This document shows, piece after piece, positions 37,608-44,850 of a stretch of DNA of 64,000 nucleotides; the first letter of the stretch is position 1, and each line of letters begins with the position of its first letter. The notes beneath the pieces are model-generated. The model was not told the DNA's origin. It ran no database searches and was given only the letters and a program-made list of their open reading frames with translations. Source of the DNA: an uncultured Candidatus Saccharibacteria bacterium (GTDB taxonomy: Bacteria; Patescibacteriota; Minisyncoccia; UBA6257; 2-01-FULL-56-20); assembly GCA_964365185.1 (NCBI GenBank), contig CAYIOP010000001.1:34675-98674 (forward strand), read 5' to 3'. The position numbers were made by a program, and so were the translations under genes.

Positions 37608-37647
37608 GCCTCCGCGCCACTATGACATGTCATAGTGGCGCGGAGGC
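37608..37647. repeat. 40-nt perfect palindrome (20+20, no loop) in GC-rich intergenic block
   Basis: gcctccgcgccactatgaca|tgtcatagtggcgcggaggc, read directly. It is followed by a second hairpin, gaccgc-atatatc-gcggtc, at 37649-37667. Confidence 0.6.
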
Positions 37648-37711
37648 CGACCGCATATATCGCGGTCTAAAAAGGTCGGGGCTTGTGGCACTGGGGAGTC
37701 CTAAATTGACA

Positions 37712-37745
37712 GAAAAAATGGCCTAGCATTATTGCAGGGCCATTT
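37712..37745 (-). terminator. Rho-independent terminator downstream of 37763..38209
   Basis: On the minus strand: AATGGCC-ctgcaataatgcta-GGCCATT followed by TTTTTT. Confidence 0.45.
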
Positions 37746-37762
37746 TCGAGGTTGATGAGATT

Positions 37763-38209
37763 TTACTTGTCTGTGCCGAAGATTCTGGCGTAATTTCCGT
37801 CTATTCCCCAGGGCAATTCTTTTTCTTCTTGTTCCCGAAAAGATCCGTAGAATGGGTAGGTGAAAACTTGGCCATTCGGACGGATTCGACAATTTCTCCA
37901 TCCGTATTTTTCGCGAAATTGAAGCTCGATTGTGCGGTCCACGTTGACTTCGAAATCGAGCGTCCCTATCGGTACATTTACCGTGTCATAAGGACTGATT
38001 CCCATAGGTGTATTGTCTAGGTAGTAGTCGATGGCGTAGCAAAGAGCAGCTGTTTGTTGGCGTTGGAATCGAAGTTCCTTTTTGAAGTGAAAAGCCGCAA
38101 TTGCAGTAACAATAAATGCACCGATTATCACAGCTCCCAGAAAAACAAATAATGAACGCATAAAACCTCCAATTATTAAGTTACATTTGAACAGATTTAA
38201 TTTTAGCAT
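37763..38209 (-). CDS. hypothetical membrane-anchored protein
   Basis: 148 aa with one N-terminal TM helix. No motif recognised. Confidence 0.35.
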   Translation of the reverse strand: MLKLNLFKCNLIIGGFMRSLFVFLGAVIIGAFIVTAIAAFHFKKELRFQRQQTAALCYAIDYYLDNTPMGISPYDTVNVPIGTLDFEVNVDRTIELQFREKYGWRNCRIRPNGQVFTYPFYGSFREQEEKELPWGIDGNYARIFGTDK

Positions 38210-39020
38210 TATAATAATTATTATGTCAAGGATTGGAGCTAGCGATTTGAATTTAAAGAATGGCGAGCGGGCGTTGGTGGTGGTGGCGCATCCGGATGAT
38301 GAGACAATTTGGATGGGTGGGACGATTTTAAAATTTCCGAGGGCGAAGTGGACGATTTTTTCGCTTTGTCGTGGTGATGATAGAGATCGGGCGCCAAAAT
38401 TTAAGCGAGTTTGCCGATTTTTAAGCGCGAAGGGAGTGATTTCGGATTTGGAGGACGAGGAGGTTTTGAGCTTGAAAGAGAGTTTGCCTGAAATACGCTT
38501 ACGTTTGAGAAATTTCTTATTTGCCTCTCAGAACCGCGGTTCAATCCGTTCCAGCGGCGGCTTGTCCACTACCTCTCGACGCGATGAGTCCCGGCTCGGC
38601 GGGACACCAAGCTCATCGCGTCTCCGAGAGTTTCTTCGAGACAAACAAAAAATTTCTCCCCCCCCGATTACATCCCTTCACAAATTCAATGAGAGAGGAG
38701 GAGGGATGGAGTTTGATTATGTTTTTACGCACGGGTATAATGGAGAGTACGGACATCCGCGACACAAAGGTGTGCATCGCGCGGTTGCGGAGATGATTCG
38801 GGCGGGGGAGATCCGGACGAAACATTTTTTTAATTTCAGTTATGAGTTTCTTGAGCGAAAGAATGTTTGTCGGCCTAAAAAGGCGGAATTTTTTTTAGAG
38901 TTATCCCCGACTGTTTTTAAAAAAAAGCAGAAAATTATCAATGAATTCTATGGATTTAGAAAATCGACTTTTGAGTATCGGACTTTATCAAATGTGGAGT
39001 CGTTTAAGTTAATAAAATAG
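38187..39020 (+). CDS. PIG-L/LmbE-family N-acetylglucosaminyl deacetylase with internal low-complexity insertion
   Basis: LVVVAHPDDETIWMGGTIL (PIG-L AHPDDE motif) and a distal HGYNGEYGHPRHKGVH (HxxH zinc motif). A Ser/Arg/Gly-rich stretch of about 55 aa, encoded by a GC-rich segment, lies between them. Confidence 0.5.
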   Translation: MNRFNFSIIIIIMSRIGASDLNLKNGERALVVVAHPDDETIWMGGTILKFPRAKWTIFSLCRGDDRDRAPKFKRVCRFLSAKGVISDLEDEEVLSLKESLPEIRLRLRNFLFASQNRGSIRSSGGLSTTSRRDESRLGGTPSSSRLREFLRDKQKISPPPITSLHKFNERGGGMEFDYVFTHGYNGEYGHPRHKGVHRAVAEMIRAGEIRTKHFFNFSYEFLERKNVCRPKKAEFFLELSPTVFKKKQKIINEFYGFRKSTFEYRTLSNVESFKLIK

Positions 39021-39490
39021 TGGCTATGCGACTTACGACGCTTTGTTTTTTACTTAAAGATAATGAAATACTACTGGCGATGAAAAAAACTGGATTTGGA
39101 ACTGGTAAATGGAATGGAGTGGGCGGGAAAGTTGAGGTTGGCGAGACGATCTCACAGGCAGCCGCTCGAGAATTAAACGAGGAGATCGGGGTGAGAGTCA
39201 ACCCTGAAGGTTTGGAGAATGCGGGAAATATTAAGTTTTATTTTCCCGAGAATCCGGGTTTTGACCAACATATGCATATTTTTTTGGCGCGAGATTGGGA
39301 TGGCGAACCCGTTGAAACTGCGGAAATGAAACCGCAATGGTTTGGATTTGGCGACATTCCCTATTCTTCGATGTGGGTGGATGATGAGTATTGGTTGCCG
39401 AAAGTTTTACTTGGCAAGAAAATTGAGGCCAGTTTTTATTTTAAAGGCGGCGGGGAGAGTTTTGATAAACACGAAGTTAAAGAAATTTAA
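39020..39490 (+). CDS. NUDIX hydrolase (MutT-like)
   Basis: Nudix box GGKVEVGETISQAAARELNEEIGV. Confidence 0.75.
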   Translation: MAMRLTTLCFLLKDNEILLAMKKTGFGTGKWNGVGGKVEVGETISQAAARELNEEIGVRVNPEGLENAGNIKFYFPENPGFDQHMHIFLARDWDGEPVETAEMKPQWFGFGDIPYSSMWVDDEYWLPKVLLGKKIEASFYFKGGGESFDKHEVKEI

Positions 39491-39492
39491 AA

Positions 39493-40641
39493 ATGAAATC
39501 CGTAATTCTATACGCATATCCGCCGGAGCCGGATGGACTTTCGCAACAGGGTGATATGCTCTATCGGGGACTCAAAGAAATTGGCGAGGAGATACTCCCC
39601 TGCCACCTCTCGAGCGAATTTCAGAAGGAGTGGATTTATAAATTTTTAAAGCCCGACGTGGCCATCGGTGTTGGATTTTGGGGACACACCCAGGATATTA
39701 TTTTGCATCCGCAGAAATTCGGTATTCAGCCAGTGCCGTGGCTACTCGCGGATGGCTGGGTGGCGAATTACCACAAAGAAATCGGCGAGTTGCCACTTGT
39801 ATTTACCACGAGTGATTGGGTGGCTCGAACTTTTGCTCGGGATGGGGTGGATACTAAAAATTTTCAAACGCTCTATATTGGGCTTGATACTGAACTTTTT
39901 AAACCCATTCCACGCAGTGACCCGAGAGTGAAATTGATTCGAGAGATGATTGGAGTACGTGAGGATGAAGTGATGATTATGACTGCTGGAGGCGATGTGA
40001 CTTCTAAAGGCGCGCAGGAGGTTTTTAGGGCCTTAAAAAGAGTGGATGCCGAGTTTAAAAATTGGAAGTATGTTTGTAAAATTTGGGGCGGAGCAAGCGC
40101 GGATGACCACTACGACGACGAGATGGCTTTGATTGAGGAGTTAGGCGAGGAGGCGAAAGAAAAAATAATTTACCTTGAAGGTTCAATGTCTCGTGAGTTT
40201 ATGCCTTTACTTTTAAACGCCTGCGATATTTACGCGGCGCCTTCGCGGCTGGAGGGATTTGGAATGATACAAGTAGAGGCAATGGCGTGTGGTAAGCCAG
40301 TGATTTCAATTGACGAGATGGGGCCAAAGGAGACGATATTGCATGGCGAGACGGGTTTCTTGGCTAAAGTGGCTTCAACTGTGGATTTAACCGAGGAGTG
40401 GGCCTATGTGGGCTGGGGATTTGAGGAGGATCATAAAATTCAGTTTGAAAAACCCAAGACGTTTGCTTATCGGGCTGACGCAGACCAGATTGCGGAGTAT
40501 TTGCTTAAATTACTTACAGATAAAGATTTGAGAGAAAAAATGGGTGCTCGGGCTCGTGAACACGCGGTAGAAAAATTTGAGTACCGAAAAATCGCCAAGC
40601 AGATGACGGATGTGATTAAGGAGAAGTTTAATTTGAACTAG
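39493..40641 (+). CDS. GT4-family glycosyltransferase
   Basis: C-terminal EGFGMIQVEAMACGKPVIS, the GT-B E-x7-E motif region. Confidence 0.7.
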   Translation: MKSVILYAYPPEPDGLSQQGDMLYRGLKEIGEEILPCHLSSEFQKEWIYKFLKPDVAIGVGFWGHTQDIILHPQKFGIQPVPWLLADGWVANYHKEIGELPLVFTTSDWVARTFARDGVDTKNFQTLYIGLDTELFKPIPRSDPRVKLIREMIGVREDEVMIMTAGGDVTSKGAQEVFRALKRVDAEFKNWKYVCKIWGGASADDHYDDEMALIEELGEEAKEKIIYLEGSMSREFMPLLLNACDIYAAPSRLEGFGMIQVEAMACGKPVISIDEMGPKETILHGETGFLAKVASTVDLTEEWAYVGWGFEEDHKIQFEKPKTFAYRADADQIAEYLLKLLTDKDLREKMGARAREHAVEKFEYRKIAKQMTDVIKEKFNLN

Positions 40642-40662
40642 GATTCTAATTGGAAAATTTTT

Positions 40663-41673
40663 ATGGATAAAGGAATTTTTACTCAGCTTCCCGGAAAAAT
40701 AGTGGAATTAGATTCTCGATTTAAATATGTAATGGCGCTGGCTTTGAATTCTCGCTCGAATTATATGAATGGAATTATTCGATGTATTACTAAACGAGAT
40801 GGAGATTTGCAAATTAAGGGATACGCAGATCGAAGTGTTTTGTATCAAGTTAGGGGTGATTCTCTTAAAAATTTCTATATAGAAAACAAATTGAACATTA
40901 ATGGAGAAGAAGAATTAATTAATCAATTTAGTGGTGATGATTGGGATTTTATGGGTTTTGAAGACCCTGATATTTGGATTGATGATATGGATGATTTTAC
41001 GCATGTTTATTTTACAATTTCGCTCTGGAATAAAAAGCAGCGGCATACGTTCTGTCATTTGGGACATGCCGAAGGCGCAAATTTAGATTCATTAGAAATG
41101 ACAGAACCGGTGCTTATTGTTGATGAAAAAATTCGGAGGGCCAAGGAACCCTCGATTGCTCCGGTGAATAAAGGAGGGTTTCGATATAATTTAATCGAAT
41201 CTCGGTCAGATAAAGGACAATTTTCCTATTCTACAGTAAGGGTTGCAATTACTGAAAATATGGGCGAACCCTGGAAATTTGGTGAGACGGTATTGCATCC
41301 GGCCGAAAATAATATTCCGTGGATTGGCGGACACGCTTCACCTGGACCTCTACTGTCTCAAAATTTTATAGATGTTGGAGATGGAAAGTGTTTAGGTTTT
41401 TTAAATGGGCGAGAAGTTAATCAAAAAATTGGAGAAAATGTGCGGTATGGAACATTCTCTATTGGCCTTTTCATATATGACTACGAGAATGGAAAAATTG
41501 ATTGGGTCTCATCTAAACCTTTTATTCAGGATAGTGAGGCGAAAACTATAACTTTTGCCAGCCAATTTGTTCAAACTGGTGAGAATGACGGAATTTTATA
41601 CGCCCACGTTGATGATTCTTTTGTTCGGGCTTATGAAATTAGAGCAAATTTAATTAAACCTCTGTTGATTTAA
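40663..41673 (+). CDS. hypothetical protein, possible beta-propeller glycosidase-like (weak)
   Basis: 336 aa with an acidic DWDFMGFEDPDIWIDD stretch reminiscent of GH32/43/130-type propellers. It is flanked by 51-nt direct repeats derived from the GT4 3' end. Confidence 0.25.
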   Translation: MDKGIFTQLPGKIVELDSRFKYVMALALNSRSNYMNGIIRCITKRDGDLQIKGYADRSVLYQVRGDSLKNFYIENKLNINGEEELINQFSGDDWDFMGFEDPDIWIDDMDDFTHVYFTISLWNKKQRHTFCHLGHAEGANLDSLEMTEPVLIVDEKIRRAKEPSIAPVNKGGFRYNLIESRSDKGQFSYSTVRVAITENMGEPWKFGETVLHPAENNIPWIGGHASPGPLLSQNFIDVGDGKCLGFLNGREVNQKIGENVRYGTFSIGLFIYDYENGKIDWVSSKPFIQDSEAKTITFASQFVQTGENDGILYAHVDDSFVRAYEIRANLIKPLLI

Positions 41674-41680
41674 CTTGATT

Positions 41681-41731
41681 ATCGCCAAACAAATGGCGGA
41701 TAAGATTAAGGAGAAGTTTAATTTGAACTAG
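41681..41731 (+). repeat. 51-nt duplicate of the 3' end of the GT4 gene (direct repeat partner of 40591..40641)
   Basis: atcgccaaacaaatggcggataagattaaggagaagtttaatttgaactag versus atcgccaagcagatgacggatgtgattaaggagaagtttaatttgaactag. The last 30 nt are identical, and the copy encodes ...IKEKFNLN*. Confidence 0.6.
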
Positions 41732-41770
41732 TTTATTTGGTGCATTGGTAATAACTGGAAACGTTCATTT

Positions 41771-41804
41771 TATACACTACTCTGCGATCGTAAAGTAGTG
41801 TATA
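41771..41804. repeat. hairpin repeat copy A (tatacactact-ctgcgatcgtaa-agtagtgtata)
   Basis: 11-bp perfect stem with a loop containing gcgatcg. A near-identical copy lies at 42431..42469. Confidence 0.55.
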
Positions 41805-41828
41805 AATAAAACATCAGTATTAAGTATT

Positions 41829-42419
41829 ATGTTAAAAACTAGAAGTTTGACGTCTAAAATTTTGGAAGTTGTAAGCGAGGGTGTAATCTCAACTTTTGAT
41901 GTTATCGGCGCGATTTTAGAGTCCGGTTACGGCGCTTCTTATGCGAAACTTGATGCTAGTGTTCGACGCTCTGAGGCGAGGCGTCATAATCGTGAATTGG
42001 AGCTTCGCAATAGACAGAGATTTAGTAATTTAATTTCTAAATTGAAACGGGACGGTTTAATTACTGGCGATAAGCGATCTTTAAAGATCACCGAGGCCGG
42101 ACGTAAGAAATTTTTAAAAATTCGGGAAATTGAGCGAAGTAGAGTTATTCACTCTCCTTTTGGATATCAAGCTAAAGTAAGTCGAAATCTTACAATCGTT
42201 ATTTTTGATATCCCGGAGAAGGAAAAGGTTAAAAGAAATTGGCTGCGAGCGGTTTTACTAAATCTCGGTTTTAAATTGCTTCAGAAGAGTGTTTGGATCG
42301 GTCGAGTTATTATTCCTCGGGAGTTTTTGAAAGATCTTCGAAATATGAGAATTTTGGAGTACATTCACATATTTTCTGTATCTCGATCGGGGACAATTGA
42401 AAATGATAAGGATGGATAG
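41829..42419 (+). CDS. hypothetical protein with winged-helix-like N-terminus; C-terminal region loosely Cas2/VapD-like (speculative)
   Basis: 196 aa. RFSNLISKLKRDGLITGDKRSLKITEAGRKKF looks like an HTH wing. TIVIFDIPEKEKVKRNWLRAVLLNLGFKLLQKSVWIG resembles the beta-alpha-beta core of the Cas2 fold. The gene is flanked by hairpin repeats A and B. Confidence 0.3.
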   Translation: MLKTRSLTSKILEVVSEGVISTFDVIGAILESGYGASYAKLDASVRRSEARRHNRELELRNRQRFSNLISKLKRDGLITGDKRSLKITEAGRKKFLKIREIERSRVIHSPFGYQAKVSRNLTIVIFDIPEKEKVKRNWLRAVLLNLGFKLLQKSVWIGRVIIPREFLKDLRNMRILEYIHIFSVSRSGTIENDKDG

Positions 42420-42430
42420 TTTCCCTTATA

Positions 42431-42469
42431 AATATACACTACTATGCGATCGTAGATTGGTGTATATTT
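42431..42469. repeat. hairpin repeat copy B (aatatacac-tactatgcgatcgtagattg-gtgtatatt)
   Basis: Shares tatacactact[c/a]tgcgatcgta with copy A, in direct orientation and 660 nt apart. Confidence 0.55.
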
Positions 42470-42590
42470 ATGATGAAAATGGAAATTGATTTAGATTACT
42501 AATAGCTAAGCAGCAACTGGAATCCGCGGCGCCGTAATAGACCATAAGCCCTCCATTCTTTAGAACTGCTCCTTCGGGGTTTGAGCATTT
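42468..42590 (-). pseudogene. GH130 C-terminal gene fragment (40 codons) duplicating the 3' end of 44849..45823
   Basis: The minus-strand translation KCSNPEGAVLKNGGLMVYYGAADSSCCLAISNLNQFPFSS* matches FPEGAVIKNGKLMVYYGAADSSCCLAIYNFNNFLK*. An in-frame stop lies upstream of the fragment. A 24-nt stretch, tccgcggcgccgtaatagaccat, is identical in the two copies. Confidence 0.55.
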
Positions 42591-42609
42591 CTAGTATCGC
42601 ATCTCCATT

Positions 42610-43056
42610 TTATACTCTCCTATTTTTTAAATACTCAGGAAAAGTTTTTCGTTTATCTTTTTCGGTTTCGTCCGTTTTTTCTTCCAATATTGCCTTCAGA
42701 TATCCAAGTGGATCAGCTGGATCAATGTCACTCACATTAAATTCTTTTACAACCTTAAAATATTCTGGTTTGTACATTTCCGAAGGATGTTGTCTTCGGG
42801 GACCTTCATATATTTCTAGCATCGCATCTCCATTTTCAAAAAATACTAACATTGCAAAATTCTTAAGTTCTTTATCTTCCCCTATCTTAAGATACGCCGG
42901 ATCACGTCCTTGATGGAGGAATATCTCTTTGTTAGCGCTACCTCCCTCGCTATATTTATCTATACTTTTAAAATATTCATAAAGAGTTTCTGGCGTAAAT
43001 TTTTTGCTTTCTGATTCTTTAATTTGTTCCGATTCTTCTGGGTTTTCGTACTTCAT
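42610..43056 (-). CDS. hypothetical acidic protein
   Basis: 148-aa ORF, E/K-rich, with no motif recognised. A 22-nt internal segment (42813-42836) is duplicated just downstream of its stop (42590-42612). Confidence 0.3.
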   Translation of the reverse strand: MKYENPEESEQIKESESKKFTPETLYEYFKSIDKYSEGGSANKEIFLHQGRDPAYLKIGEDKELKNFAMLVFFENGDAMLEIYEGPRRQHPSEMYKPEYFKVVKEFNVSDIDPADPLGYLKAILEEKTDETEKDKRKTFPEYLKNRRV

Positions 43057-43153
43057 GATTATAATTATTTCTGATTATTATTTTTTGTCAATTTTTGTCT
43101 GTTTAGTACTATTTGTAAAACGTACTAACGCGAGAAAATTTGTACGCCAAAAG

Positions 43154-43181
43154 TTGACAAACAGGGGAATTATGCTATAAT
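43154..43181 (+). promoter_or_regulatory. sigma70-type promoter TTGACA-N16-TATAAT with upstream inverted-repeat operator candidate
   Basis: ttgaca at 43154-43159 and tataat at 43176-43181. Upstream, ttagtac-N12-gtactaa forms an inverted repeat at about 43104-43130. Confidence 0.45.
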
Positions 43182-43271
43182 CCCCTTGTTCTTGTCTCTC
43201 TTGTTATTTGATAAGTGAATAGCCGCTGTCTATGGGATAATCCATGGTCAGCGCAGTATTAACCATTTTTT

Positions 43272-44408
43272 TTGGCTATACGCCAAGAAAGGAAGTCCAC
43301 GATGACGGTTTCGACCAACATCGCTAGTTCTGCAAATATCTACTTCGGAGGTGAGTTGGTTCCGACCAACTCAGCTGGAGATATGGTATTTGCGATTGCT
43401 GGGACGCTGAGTAACGAAGTTATCAGTCGTCTGTCCAGGAAACTTTCGCGGAAACCAATGAGTTTCCAAGAACTTATTTATTCTTGTGACTACGAACTAT
43501 TGAGGCACTTGGCGACGGATGTCTATCTGCTTGTGATCCAACCAGGTCATGAAAAGCAATTCACGAATGAGGTAAGGGCTTTGGAATTGTGGAGGCAGGG
43601 CGCCCAGCGAGTACTTCTTATCCGCGGAGGTGCGTTGATTCTGGCAGAAAAAATGTCTGAATACACCCGTCGTAAGATTACGTCAAATTTGCCATCAAAC
43701 CGCATCTTGAAATGCCTTTGTGCTTTCGACGGTGTATCTATTCCAGGTCTGACAGGATTTGATCTTACTTCCGCATTTTCTGCGATTGCACTTGCACTGG
43801 AGCAGGTTGTGGAGGAAAAGGTTAAGGTACTACTCAAACTGGCTATCGTTGACACACTGATCAACGGACGTCGCCTTGAAGACTGCGTACCGATTGCGCT
43901 TCCCGGCCAGACCGCCTATCTCATTGGTGGTCTGTCGACTACCTCGCCCGATTCTCAGTCGTTTATACTAGGAACCAACCTTACTCGCGATGCATTTGAG
44001 CGTCTCTTGGGATTAGTGAATCCGGCGTCGGAGTTTCGTGAGCTAATCGCTGGCATCAAGCCGATTCTTGACCACATCATTACTGACACGTATGCCTTAG
44101 TGCATAATCGTGGAGGTGAGACGAAAGTCAAGGCGGTGGTCCTATGTAGTCATGGTGACCGGAAACTCCTCCTCACTCGCGGAGGCAGTATGCCTATTGT
44201 GAGAGAGGAGAGTGGAGCATTCTTTGTCCTCGACAACTTTGTCGACGAGATGTCCGACCAATACCCAGGTTTCAAACTTGGCGAAGCTTTGTACTCTGTC
44301 CGACAGCAGATCGCCAACGTTATCAGGATAAGAGCTGAGGTGCTCGGCGTGCTTGCTAATGCGTCACAGATGATTTCAACCATTTGGGCCGGAGGTAAGC
44401 AGTCATGA
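43272..44408 (+). CDS. hypothetical protein of GC-rich island (likely true start ATG 43302 with AGGAAG RBS)
   Basis: 378-aa ORF with clearly higher G+C and different codon choice (ctg, cgt, acc) than the flanks. No recognisable motif. Its stop overlaps the next start (ATGA). Confidence 0.45.
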   Translation: MAIRQERKSTMTVSTNIASSANIYFGGELVPTNSAGDMVFAIAGTLSNEVISRLSRKLSRKPMSFQELIYSCDYELLRHLATDVYLLVIQPGHEKQFTNEVRALELWRQGAQRVLLIRGGALILAEKMSEYTRRKITSNLPSNRILKCLCAFDGVSIPGLTGFDLTSAFSAIALALEQVVEEKVKVLLKLAIVDTLINGRRLEDCVPIALPGQTAYLIGGLSTTSPDSQSFILGTNLTRDAFERLLGLVNPASEFRELIAGIKPILDHIITDTYALVHNRGGETKVKAVVLCSHGDRKLLLTRGGSMPIVREESGAFFVLDNFVDEMSDQYPGFKLGEALYSVRQQIANVIRIRAEVLGVLANASQMISTIWAGGKQS

Positions 44409-44692
44409 TGATGGAATACAGAATTATGCTGATTGTTATCTTTATGATGGCATGCCTATGCTTTTTTGGGAGCATTCGACGTCTCGTAAGCACCGACAAA
44501 GAAAAGTACATTACTTTCGGAATCTTCTTCCTGTTTGTGGGGATAGCGTCAGCCATTGCAATTAGCCTCGAAGGGCAATACTATGCCGAAGGGCAATACT
44601 CTACTTTTTCAGGCGTCGACTATTCCATCCAATTCTTCGTGTTGGTTCTAGAGTCTGGATATCTCTTCCATGTCACCAAATGGGGAGAGTAA
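44405..44692 (+). CDS. small membrane protein (95 aa, 2-3 TM) translationally coupled to upstream island gene
   Basis: MMMEYRIMLIVIFMMACLCFFGS...FGIFFLFVGIASAIAISL hydrophobic helices, with an ATGA overlap at 44405-44408. Confidence 0.45.
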   Translation: MMMEYRIMLIVIFMMACLCFFGSIRRLVSTDKEKYITFGIFFLFVGIASAIAISLEGQYYAEGQYSTFSGVDYSIQFFVLVLESGYLFHVTKWGE

Positions 44693-44816
44693 GCAGACCC
44701 GTCTTTCTGAATGACGGATTGATACGTCCTTCATCTGGGATGCTGACTCTTTCCGCCAGCAGTATGAAGCGCTCCTGACGAGACCACAAAAATAGCAATT
44801 TTTCAGAAACCTATAA

Positions 44817-44850
44817 CCGGCTCCGAGACAATGTCTTGGAGCCGCTTTTT
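44817..44850 (+). terminator. Rho-independent terminator of island operon
   Basis: ccggctccgagac-aat-gtcttggagccg followed by cttttt. The T-run overlaps the stop of the convergent GH130 gene. Confidence 0.45.

Noticed and set aside
41771-42469. Possible CRISPR array (repeated hairpin elements, palindromes at 26131 and 37608)
   Set aside because: Only two copies of the hairpin element are present, 660 nt apart, and they enclose a protein-coding gene. There are no regularly spaced short spacers, and the palindromes are single-copy. No CRISPR array is present.
40642-44848. Calling the hotspot a defined mobile element (ICE, prophage or integron)
   Set aside because: No integrase, transposase, relaxase, attC consensus or phage structural gene is present in the window. 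Only the repeat and composition footprints are reported.
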